Assembly: GCF_000016745.1 (NCBI RefSeq)
Contig: NC_009483.1
Coordinates: 1,920,001-1,952,000 of the forward strand
Reading direction: 5' to 3'
DNA length: 32,000 bases
Origin: Geotalea uraniireducens Rf4
Lineage (GTDB): Bacteria > Desulfobacterota > Desulfuromonadia > Geobacterales > Geobacteraceae
A model generated the notes under the pieces. The model had not been told where the DNA came from, did no database searches, and saw only the letters and a program-made list of their open reading frames with translations. A program made the translations under genes and the position numbers. Numbering within the stretch: the first letter of the stretch is position 1; every line of letters begins with the position of its first letter. Positions 22,263 through 30,364 of this stretch are shown here, one piece after another.

Positions 22263-23566
22263 AACAACAGCTTCTGTCTCGCATTAAAGACAAGACCGCC
22301 GTCGTCGGCATTATTGGCCTTGGTTATGTTGGCTTGCCGCTCATGCTCCGATTTGTCGAAGAAGGGTACCGGGTACTCGGCTTCGACATAGACCAGTCAA
22401 AGATAGACAAGTTGCAGCAGGGGCAGAGCTACATCAGGCATATCCCTGCCAAGCCGATTGCCGCTGCCGTGACTAATGGCCTTTTTGACGGCACCACGGA
22501 TTTCAGTCGCACTGCTGAGGCCGATGCCCTGTTTATCTGCGTCCCAACTCCCCTCAATCGGTACCGCGAACCGGACCTGACCTTCGTCCTCAATTCCACC
22601 GATGCTATCGTTCCTCATCTGCGTCCCGGCCAGCTTGTTTCCCTTGAAAGCACCACATACCCCGGCACTACCAATGAAGAGCTTCTTCCCCGTCTCGAAT
22701 CCAGAGGGCTAAATGTCGGAAAAGATATCTTTCTCGTTTTTTCTCCCGAACGGGAGGACCCGGGAAACGAGCGGTTTACGACCCGAACCATCCCAAAGGT
22801 TTGTGGCGGGGTGACTTCCGCCTGCTTGGAGGCAGGGCTTGCCCTCTACGGTCAGGTGATCGATAGAGTCGTACCGGTTTCTTCCACCCGCGCAGCCGAG
22901 ATGACGAAGCTCCTCGAGAACATCCACCGGGCGGTCAATATCGGCTTGGTGAACGAGTTAAAGATTGTCTGCGACGTCATGGGGATCGACATCCGCGAGG
23001 TGATAGACGCCGCCGCCACCAAGCCGTTCGGTTTCACCCCTTATTATCCCGGCCCAGGTCTGGGAGGCCACTGCATCCCCATCGACCCGTTCTATCTCAC
23101 CTGGAAGGCACGGGAGTATGGCCTGCATACCCGTTTCATCGAGCTTGCCGGAGAGGTCAACACCGCCATGCCCGACTGGGTGGTGGGGAAGGTGATGGAC
23201 GCCTTGAACGAGCGGGGGAAAGCGCTCAAGGGGGCGCGGGTGCTGGTGCTCGGGATTGCTTATAAGAAGAACGTAGACGACATGCGGGAATCCCCCAGTG
23301 TCGAACTGATGGAGAAGCTGCAAAAGAAAGGGGCAGTAATCGCTTACAGTGACCCACATGTGTCGGTCTTTCCCAAAATGCGTGAGCATTATTTTGATCT
23401 AAAGAGTGTCGAGCTTACGCCGGAGAATCTGCGGGAGTATGACTGTGTGCTGGTCGGCACCCATCACGATGCATTTGATTACAGGATGATCCGCACACAT
23501 GCTTCTCTGATTGTCGATACGCGGGGTGTGTATCGTGAACCGTTTGCAACGTTGGTGAAGGCATAG
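22259..23566 (+). CDS. Nucleotide-sugar (UDP-glucose/GDP-mannose family) dehydrogenase, WbpA/WbpO/TviB-like
   Basis: [17 protein letters not shown] Rossmann N-terminus. GGHCIPIDP catalytic Cys motif. ATG 22259 overlaps the preceding stop (ATGA). Confidence 0.85.
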   Translation: MKQQLLSRIKDKTAVVGIIGLGYVGLPLMLRFVEEGYRVLGFDIDQSKIDKLQQGQSYIRHIPAKPIAAAVTNGLFDGTTDFSRTAEADALFICVPTPLNRYREPDLTFVLNSTDAIVPHLRPGQLVSLESTTYPGTTNEELLPRLESRGLNVGKDIFLVFSPEREDPGNERFTTRTIPKVCGGVTSACLEAGLALYGQVIDRVVPVSSTRAAEMTKLLENIHRAVNIGLVNELKIVCDVMGIDIREVIDAAATKPFGFTPYYPGPGLGGHCIPIDPFYLTWKAREYGLHTRFIELAGEVNTAMPDWVVGKVMDALNERGKALKGARVLVLGIAYKKNVDDMRESPSVELMEKLQKKGAVIAYSDPHVSVFPKMREHYFDLKSVELTPENLREYDCVLVGTHHDAFDYRMIRTHASLIVDTRGVYREPFATLVKA

Positions 23567-23572
23567 GTAGTC

Positions 23573-23740
23573 ATGGCACGCCATCAAAAATCCATATTGG
23601 AAAGTCTATCCATGCAGATCGAAACAGTTGCCAGATATACGAAACGGCATCTTTGGGCCCGCAATCTTTGGACAGCCGTGTTGTTTCTTGCTGCAGTCTA
23701 TCTTGTGTTCCGGTTTATTGCCCCTGTCGTATGCAGATAA
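23573..23740 (+). CDS. Possible small membrane protein (55 aa), not in the supplied ORF track
   Basis: ATG 23573 to TAA 23738-23740. It encodes MARHQKSILESLSMQIETVARYTKRHLWARNLWTAVLFLAAVYLVFRFIAPVVCR, with one C-terminal hydrophobic helix. No clear SD. Confidence 0.3.
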   Translation: MARHQKSILESLSMQIETVARYTKRHLWARNLWTAVLFLAAVYLVFRFIAPVVCR

Positions 23741-23763
23741 CACAACAAGAGTAGGGGATTATT

Positions 23764-24603
23764 TTGTCACGACCTGAATTCGTCATAGCCCCGCCGAAGC
23801 GGTGGCTCTCCATCAACTGGCAGGAATTGTGGCGCTACCGGGACCTTTTTCTGGTTCTCGCCTGGCGTGACATTACCGTGCGTTACAAACAGACCGCGCT
23901 GGGGGTCGTCTGGGCGATCTTCCAGCCGTTCGTCACGATGATCGTCTTTACCTTTATTTTCAACCGCATGGCTAGCATCAATAGTGGCGACGGCACTCCC
24001 TACCCTGTCTTTCTGTATGTAGGGCTTCTTCTTTGGCAGTACTATTCCGGCACTCTGACCAATGCCAGCAACTCAATGATCAGCAACGCTTCCTTGATCC
24101 AGAAGGTCTACTTTCCCCGGCTCATCGTCCCTGCGACATCAGCAACCACCGGTCTGATTGATTTGGCTATTTCGGCCGTCATTCTGATTGGCATGATGAT
24201 CTATTACGGGGTAATGCCGCACCTGGTCGGCATTTTGATCCTGCCTGCTCTCTTGGGATGTGCCGTGCTCAGTGCTCTGGGGATGGGGCTGCTGCTGGCG
24301 TCACTGAATATAAAGTACCGGGACGTCCGTTTTGCGTTGCCGTTCTTCATCCAGATCATGATGTACGTCACACCGGTCATCTACCCGGTCAAGATGCTGG
24401 ACAACTACCCGGTGGTTAAGGGACTAATGCTCTGGCTCAACCCAATCTCGGGGGTTATCACCAACGCCCGCGCCGGACTGCTTGGGCAGGGCTCGGTCGA
24501 TTTTGGAGTACTAGGAATCTCCTTGTTGATGAGCGTGGTTTATTTTGTCGTTGGCCTTTATTACTTCAGAAGCACCGAGCGGTTTTTCGCGGATATTGTT
24601 TGA
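23764..24603 (+). CDS. wzm: ABC-2 type polysaccharide/O-antigen export permease (Wzm/TagG/KpsM-like)
   Basis: TTG start preceded by aggggа-like SD (gagtaggggatta). W..L..YR.L...L..RD...RYKQTALGVVWAI.QP is the ABC-2 permease signature. Six predicted TM segments. Confidence 0.85.
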   Translation: MSRPEFVIAPPKRWLSINWQELWRYRDLFLVLAWRDITVRYKQTALGVVWAIFQPFVTMIVFTFIFNRMASINSGDGTPYPVFLYVGLLLWQYYSGTLTNASNSMISNASLIQKVYFPRLIVPATSATTGLIDLAISAVILIGMMIYYGVMPHLVGILILPALLGCAVLSALGMGLLLASLNIKYRDVRFALPFFIQIMMYVTPVIYPVKMLDNYPVVKGLMLWLNPISGVITNARAGLLGQGSVDFGVLGISLLMSVVYFVVGLYYFRSTERFFADIV

Positions 24604-24664
24604 AAAGTTTAAATCTCAATACTCATTGCTACTGCGATTAACCAGAACCCAGAGACGAGCAAGC

Positions 24665-25927
24665 ATGTCAAAACCAATTATTGAAGTCGAAAATCTGAGC
24701 AAATGCTACCGCATCGGCTCCAATAAAGAGCCATACCTGTCCCTGCGTGACGAGCTCGTAAAGTTTGCCTCCCGATTCCGACCAAGGGCCAAGGACCAAG
24801 GACAGTCGGAGACGAATTTTTGGGCACTTGACGACGTGAGCTTCTCCGTTCAGGAAGGTGAGGCGATCGGCATCATTGGCCGTAACGGTGCCGGCAAGAG
24901 CACCCTGCTTAAGATCCTTTCTCAGATTACGCCTCCAACAAAAGGCCATATAACCATGCGCGGCAGGGTAGCGAGTCTGTTAGAGGTGGGAACTGGGTTT
25001 CATCCGGAGTTGACCGGCCGTGAGAACATTTTTCTTAATGGCGCTATTCTGGGGATGAGCCGCGAGGAGATCATAAGGAAGTTCGACGAAATTGTTGCGT
25101 TTGCGGAGGTGGAGAGATTTCTTGATACGCCTGTCAAGCGCTATTCCAGTGGCATGTATGTGCGATTAGCGTTTGCTGTTGCGGCTCACTTGGAGCCGGA
25201 GATACTGGTAGTGGATGAAGTGCTGGCGGTGGGAGATGCGGAGTTTCAGAAGAAGTGTTTGGGGAAAATGGGAGAGGTGGCGAAAGGCGGGCGGACAGTT
25301 TTGTTTGTGAGTCACAATATGGCTGCAGTTGAGTCATTATGTTCATCGGCAATCGTTTTTGAGCAAGGGAGATGTGGTAATATTGGTCCTACAGTTGACA
25401 ATATTAATAAATATTTGAGCAACATTAAGAGCATTATTGCAGTTCCTCTAAAGGATAGAAATGATCGAACTGGCAAAGGAATCATTCGTTTTACAGATAT
25501 TCGCGTAATTCAAGATAAACCATTAATTGATCATGATTTATTTAATACTATAGTAGTTAATATTAAATTAGTGAATGGATATGACACAGATGTAAAAGTC
25601 CGTCTTGCACTAACAATCAGGACTTCTAGTGAAATAGGACTTGTTTCCTGTGATTCAGCGCTGAAAGGGGAACTTTATACGTTACCTAAATTGGCAGAAT
25701 CTAGTTTAACGTGTGAAATAATATCGCCACCGCTCAATGCTGGTGAATATTATCTTAATATTGCAATATTTAATAATGGAATAGAACCTGAAGACTGGAT
25801 TACATCTGCATGTGGTTTCAACATTGAACAAAAAGGTTTTGATGACCATATCAATACTAATCCATTTCCAATATTATCTAAATTTAAGTGGAAAGTTTTA
25901 AGTGAAGTGAGGTCAGAACATGTTTAA
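24665..25927 (+). CDS. wzt: Polysaccharide/O-antigen export ABC ATPase with a C-terminal extension (Wzt-like)
   Basis: FWALDDVSFSVQEGEAIGIIGRNGAGKSTLLK, YSSGMYVRLAFA, ILVVDEVLAVGD, FVSHNM. The ~170-aa C-terminal domain (GKGIIRFTDIRV...) is in the position of the Wzt carbohydrate-binding domain. Confidence 0.85.
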   Translation: MSKPIIEVENLSKCYRIGSNKEPYLSLRDELVKFASRFRPRAKDQGQSETNFWALDDVSFSVQEGEAIGIIGRNGAGKSTLLKILSQITPPTKGHITMRGRVASLLEVGTGFHPELTGRENIFLNGAILGMSREEIIRKFDEIVAFAEVERFLDTPVKRYSSGMYVRLAFAVAAHLEPEILVVDEVLAVGDAEFQKKCLGKMGEVAKGGRTVLFVSHNMAAVESLCSSAIVFEQGRCGNIGPTVDNINKYLSNIKSIIAVPLKDRNDRTGKGIIRFTDIRVIQDKPLIDHDLFNTIVVNIKLVNGYDTDVKVRLALTIRTSSEIGLVSCDSALKGELYTLPKLAESSLTCEIISPPLNAGEYYLNIAIFNNGIEPEDWITSACGFNIEQKGFDDHINTNPFPILSKFKWKVLSEVRSEHV

Positions 25928-26717
25928 AACGATCATCAATAGAATGCTAGGCAATACACACAGTACAAATGAAATAATTAATGATTTTTCCATGCCAATG
26001 TTCATTGATGGAGAAACAAATATTAATCAATGGATAGATGCTGGAATTAAAGGATTCAAGGAATGGTATCAACCCGTTGATTTTGGAGATGGCATTGTAG
26101 CTCACGTTACTACTCCGCCAAGGTGGGAAGCTAGTCCGGAACTTGACAGCGTTAGGGGAATTGCAAAGTGGGATTATATTGTAAAAAAACATATGCCGAG
26201 TTTAGTCGGAAAACGTGTCCTAGATCTTGGATGCAATAATGGCGTGTTTTCAATACAACTCGCTCGTTCTGGTGCAAAGGAAGTAATCGGAATAGATAGA
26301 AACCAATTAATAAAACAGAAATCTGGTTCAATTTTGCCGATACAAGACGTTATTGCACAAGCTAATTTTGTCAAACAAGCAATTGAGCATAAAGAAAAGA
26401 AGAAATACCCAATAACTTATATTGTTCATGATGTCGGCACCTTAAATATGCTGAATCTTGGAAGGTTTGATATGATTCTTGCTCTGTGTGTGGTTTATCA
26501 TGAGATGAATGACACACCCAAGCTGATTCAAGCTTTATCTTCAATGACTGATCACCTTGTACTACAAACCACATTATTACATAGCGGAGAATTGGCTAAA
26601 TGGGCATCGCCTCACATTCTAGCTGATTTGTTAATAAAGGCGGGATTTACAAATGTTGAAATTGATTCTCCCCCTGATTATTCATGGCCGATGATTATTG
26701 GTAAGCGTTTGAATTAG
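25920..26717 (+). CDS. Class I SAM-dependent methyltransferase (Methyltransf_9/DUF1698-like)
   Basis: WYQPVDFGDGI...KRVLDLGCNNGVFSIQLARSGAKEVIGIDRN. The start overlaps the wzt stop by 8 nt. Confidence 0.8.
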   Translation: MFKTIINRMLGNTHSTNEIINDFSMPMFIDGETNINQWIDAGIKGFKEWYQPVDFGDGIVAHVTTPPRWEASPELDSVRGIAKWDYIVKKHMPSLVGKRVLDLGCNNGVFSIQLARSGAKEVIGIDRNQLIKQKSGSILPIQDVIAQANFVKQAIEHKEKKKYPITYIVHDVGTLNMLNLGRFDMILALCVVYHEMNDTPKLIQALSSMTDHLVLQTTLLHSGELAKWASPHILADLLIKAGFTNVEIDSPPDYSWPMIIGKRLN

Positions 26718-26742
26718 CAACAAATCTATAAGAGGTGATTAA

Positions 26743-27753
26743 ATGAGCATTCTAAGAAATAAAAGAATTTTAGTTACCGGGGGGGCAGGATTTATCGGGA
26801 GCGCCCTTGTAAAACGCTTGGTAAATGAAAATGCAACAGTTGATGTAATAGACAACTTGTGGAGAGGTAAGTTGGATAATCTGTTGGACTCTAATGGGAT
26901 GTCTTGCATAAACTTAAAGAAGAACTTTTATCATGTCGACTTAACAGATCATAATCAATGCGTTCAATACATTAAGGATTATGATTATGTTTTTCACTTG
27001 GCTGATATAGTGGGAGGGATACAATTTGCGTTCAGTAATGAATTATTTATATTCCGTCAAAACATTACAATAGATACGAATGTAGTCTCAGCCTGCATTA
27101 CAAATGGAATAGGAAATTATATTTATGTCGGTACTGCATGTAGTTATCCAAAGTACCTTCAAATGAATAAAGGCATTACTGCATTGAAAGAAGATCAAGT
27201 TTATCCTGCTGAACCTGAGTCAAGTTATGGGTGGAGTAAGTTGATGGGCGAGTATGGAGCAGATCTTGCGCTTAAGTCGGGAAGGATAAATGTTGGAATA
27301 TTGAGATTCCATAATGTGTATGGACCTGGTGTTGAATTCGAAGGTAATACGGCACAAGTTCTGCCGTCGCTAATGAGAAAGGCCATTCGGTTCCCTCAAG
27401 AGGATTTTATTGTTTGGGGAAGTGGTAATCAGTACAGAGACTTTGTTTATATTGATGATATTGTTGAAGGTTTAATCTTAGTTGCTCAACATGGCATGAA
27501 TAAAGGTGCAATTCAAATAGGGTCAGAAAAATCAGTCACTATAAAAAAGTCTGCTGAAATGATTGTAAAAATAAGTGGAAAACCTATTAAACCAGTTTTT
27601 GACATTCAAAGACCAGAAGGTGACTATGGGAGAATTGCTATTTGTGAGAAGGCAAGAAATATACTTAACTGGGAACCGAAGATTGATCATCATGAGGGTT
27701 TTAAATTAACGTATAATTGGATACAACAGAAGATTCGTGAAGGACATAAATAA
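26743..27753 (+). CDS. NAD-dependent epimerase/dehydratase (extended SDR)
   Basis: ILVTGGAGFIGSALVKRL, DNLWRGKLDNL, catalytic YGWSK. AGAGGTG SD. Confidence 0.8.
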   Translation: MSILRNKRILVTGGAGFIGSALVKRLVNENATVDVIDNLWRGKLDNLLDSNGMSCINLKKNFYHVDLTDHNQCVQYIKDYDYVFHLADIVGGIQFAFSNELFIFRQNITIDTNVVSACITNGIGNYIYVGTACSYPKYLQMNKGITALKEDQVYPAEPESSYGWSKLMGEYGADLALKSGRINVGILRFHNVYGPGVEFEGNTAQVLPSLMRKAIRFPQEDFIVWGSGNQYRDFVYIDDIVEGLILVAQHGMNKGAIQIGSEKSVTIKKSAEMIVKISGKPIKPVFDIQRPEGDYGRIAICEKARNILNWEPKIDHHEGFKLTYNWIQQKIREGHK

Positions 27754-27754
27754 A

Positions 27755-28483
27755 ATGAAAACATTTCTATATAGGATTATCCATAACCTGACCGCCAATA
27801 AATACTTAAGAGAAACAGAATTTTGGAAAAATGAAATAAATAAGTATTTAGAATGGTATAATGGACAAATGGAATCGCACTATGAGACACCGTCGCCAAA
27901 AGATGAAGAAAAGGTGAAATGTAAAATACTTGAACACAGTGCAATTATGACGTGGTTTAATTTACATCAAAAGCATAAGTATGCAGTCGACCTTAAATTG
28001 CCTTGTGACACATTCAGTGGCAAAAAAATATTGGATGTTGGCTCAGGACCTATGCCAAGCGCTGAAGTATTCAATGACTGCGAATTGTATTGTCTCGATC
28101 CTTTGCTGCCTAACTATATAGTGGCAGGCTATCCGCTGCATTATTACAAGAAAAACACAAGATTTGTCTACAGCTATTCTGAAGCCACACCTTTTTGTGA
28201 TGATTTTTTTGATGCGATAATTTCCATGAATGCTTTAGATCATGTAGATGATATTTATAAAACTGCATACGAAATTGAGAGAATACTAAAGCCCCAGGGA
28301 ATGGTGAGATTTCATGTTCACTATCATAAGCCATCTGCAACTGAACCAATAGAATTAAATGACCGAATAATGCTTGAAGCTTTCAAGTGGTGTAAGAACT
28401 TTAATAAAATATGTCAAACTACAGCAAAAGTTGGTTCCGAAGCCGGCATTGGAGAATCATATGTATTATGGAGCAATTTCTAA
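27755..28483 (+). CDS. Class I SAM-dependent methyltransferase (Methyltransf_11-like)
   Basis: KILDVGSGPMP motif I, and FDAIISMNALDHVDD. ATG 27755 is 2 nt after the preceding stop. Confidence 0.7.
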   Translation: MKTFLYRIIHNLTANKYLRETEFWKNEINKYLEWYNGQMESHYETPSPKDEEKVKCKILEHSAIMTWFNLHQKHKYAVDLKLPCDTFSGKKILDVGSGPMPSAEVFNDCELYCLDPLLPNYIVAGYPLHYYKKNTRFVYSYSEATPFCDDFFDAIISMNALDHVDDIYKTAYEIERILKPQGMVRFHVHYHKPSATEPIELNDRIMLEAFKWCKNFNKICQTTAKVGSEAGIGESYVLWSNF

Positions 28484-28776
28484 TAGGATTATTGCACGTC
28501 TTCAGGGTGGTCACGGGAATCAGATGTTTCGATATGCTGTATGATTACATCTTGTCTTAACACGCAATGTTGAACTTAAGATAGATATTACAATCTTTTA
28601 AATGGTACACATATTCATTATGGAGCAATTTCTAATATGATTATTGCACGTCTTCAGGGTGGCCTCGGGAATCAGATGTTTCAATATGCTGTAGGATTAC
28701 ATCTTGCTTTAACACACAATGTTGAACTTAAGATAGATATTACAATGTTTTCAGACTATAAATGGCACACATATTC
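28465..28776 (+). repeat. Tandem duplication (152-nt copy at 28465-28616, 160-nt copy at 28617-28776) spanning the methyltransferase 3' end and the GT11 5' end
   Basis: By-eye alignment shows 10 substitutions plus one 8-nt indel (cagactat). The junctions share the microhomology catat(g/t)(t/c)att(a/g)(t/c)gg. Confidence 0.9.
28485..28616 (+). pseudogene. Decayed duplicate of the first ~130 nt of the GT11 fucosyltransferase gene
   Basis: The position homologous to ATG 28637 reads AGG (28485-28487). There is an in-frame TGA at 28542-28544. Confidence 0.8.
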
Positions 28777-29524
28777 ATTGCGGCCATTTAATATTCGGGA
28801 GTCAATTGCTACAGAAGAAGAAATTAAAGCCTTAACGGATGTAAAAATGGACAGGCCGTACAAAAAAATAGATAACTTTTTATGCCGGCTCTTACGTAAA
28901 TCACAAAAAATTTCTGCAACACATGTAAAAGAAAAACACTTTCACTACGATCCTGATATCTTGAAGTTGCCTGATAACGTTTATCTTGATGGTTACTGGC
29001 AAAGCGAGAAATATTTCAAAGAAATTGAAAATATTATTAGGCAAACGTTTATCATTAAGAACCCTCAGCTTGGAAGAGATAAGGAATTAGCCTGCAAAAT
29101 ATTATCGACTGAATCTGTTTGTCTGCATATTCGTAGGGGCAATTATGTTACTGATAAGACTACTAATTCTGTCCTTGGTCCGTGTGATCTGAGTTATTAT
29201 TCAAACTGCATTAAATCTCTTGCTGGTAACAATAAAGATCCACATTTTTTCGTTTTTAGCAATGATCATGAATGGGTGAGTAAAAATTTAAAGTTGGACT
29301 ATCCAACTATATATGTTGATCATAATAACGAAGATAAAGATTATGAGGACTTGCGATTGATGAGCCAATGCAAACATCATATTATAGCAAATAGCACTTT
29401 TAGTTGGTGGAGTGCTTGGTTGTGCAGTAATCCAGATAAAGTAATTTACGCCCCCCAGAAATGGTTTAGGGTAGATGAATATAATACAAAAGATTTATTG
29501 CCATCTAATTGGCTTATCCTGTAA
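28637..29524 (+). CDS. Glycosyltransferase family 11 (alpha-1,2-fucosyltransferase, FutC/WbgL-like)
   Basis: MIIARLQGGLGNQMFQYA, HIRRGNY, and ANSTFSWWSAWL are the three GT11 signature motifs. GGAG lies 10 nt upstream of the ATG. Confidence 0.9.
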   Translation: MIIARLQGGLGNQMFQYAVGLHLALTHNVELKIDITMFSDYKWHTYSLRPFNIRESIATEEEIKALTDVKMDRPYKKIDNFLCRLLRKSQKISATHVKEKHFHYDPDILKLPDNVYLDGYWQSEKYFKEIENIIRQTFIIKNPQLGRDKELACKILSTESVCLHIRRGNYVTDKTTNSVLGPCDLSYYSNCIKSLAGNNKDPHFFVFSNDHEWVSKNLKLDYPTIYVDHNNEDKDYEDLRLMSQCKHHIIANSTFSWWSAWLCSNPDKVIYAPQKWFRVDEYNTKDLLPSNWLIL

Positions 29525-29538
29525 TAAATTGGATAATT

Positions 29539-30147
29539 ATGGAAAAGTTTTTTGGGGTAAAAAAAACAAAGTGGAAGCCTTTTATAATAATGGGATGGTT
29601 CTTCCTTTGTTGTATTCAGGCAGTACTCAAAATTGCAGAAACAGTTAAAAGGCGCATATGGTCTTATATATGGCCGGGATGTTTTATTTTTGACTATAAG
29701 AAGGCCGCGCGTGTTATTGATGTGCCAAGATGTGATTATGCACATATAAAGGCTACCGGTACTATACCCTTAGAATTACTGAGAGTTCGTTTACGCACTC
29801 CAGATGGCATTAAACTTCGTAAAATTGAGGAAACTCCTCATTATGTTTGGATTAAATCTATTGTCGATGGAAATGAAAAAGAAGCACACAGTCAAGGGTA
29901 TAGGGATTATATAAAAATTTATGAACCAAATATGGATATAGAAAAAAGATTAAATGAACTGAGAACATTAGTAGCAGAAATATCGTCATCATTAGATAAA
30001 TTTGTATCAGAAACAGGAATAATAATATATGTACCTGAAATTACATATAGAGGCGATATCGTATTTTTTATACATGATGGGAACCACAGAGCAGCTATTG
30101 CTAAGGCTCATGGCTTAGAGCGTATTGCGGTCTTGTTTATTGCATGA
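29539..30147 (+). CDS. Hypothetical protein with an N-terminal hydrophobic segment and a C-terminal ParB/Srx-like DGNHR motif
   Basis: Open frame in the cassette. C-terminus IIYVPEITYRGDIVFFIHDGNHRAAIAKAHGLERIAV resembles the ParB N-terminal/sulfiredoxin-fold core (DGxHR...G...I.V). The start is uncertain (TTG 29509 or ATG 29539), with no good SD. Confidence 0.5.
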   Translation: MEKFFGVKKTKWKPFIIMGWFFLCCIQAVLKIAETVKRRIWSYIWPGCFIFDYKKAARVIDVPRCDYAHIKATGTIPLELLRVRLRTPDGIKLRKIEETPHYVWIKSIVDGNEKEAHSQGYRDYIKIYEPNMDIEKRLNELRTLVAEISSSLDKFVSETGIIIYVPEITYRGDIVFFIHDGNHRAAIAKAHGLERIAVLFIA

Positions 30148-30364
30148 ACAATTTCATGTTAATGTCGCTAGTGCTCGAGGTTATTGTTCGTCTCTCCGGA
30201 TACAATTCTCCGCAGCTCGCTACGACGATAAAAATTAGTAATACTGAGAGATACTCCGCTGCTTACGGCTGGGTGACTCATATTTTAACTTAGCTATGAT
30301 ACCGTAATAAATAAAGGAAGTTAGAAGACACCTGATTCTTGCTCAACGGGACACTAGTACATAA

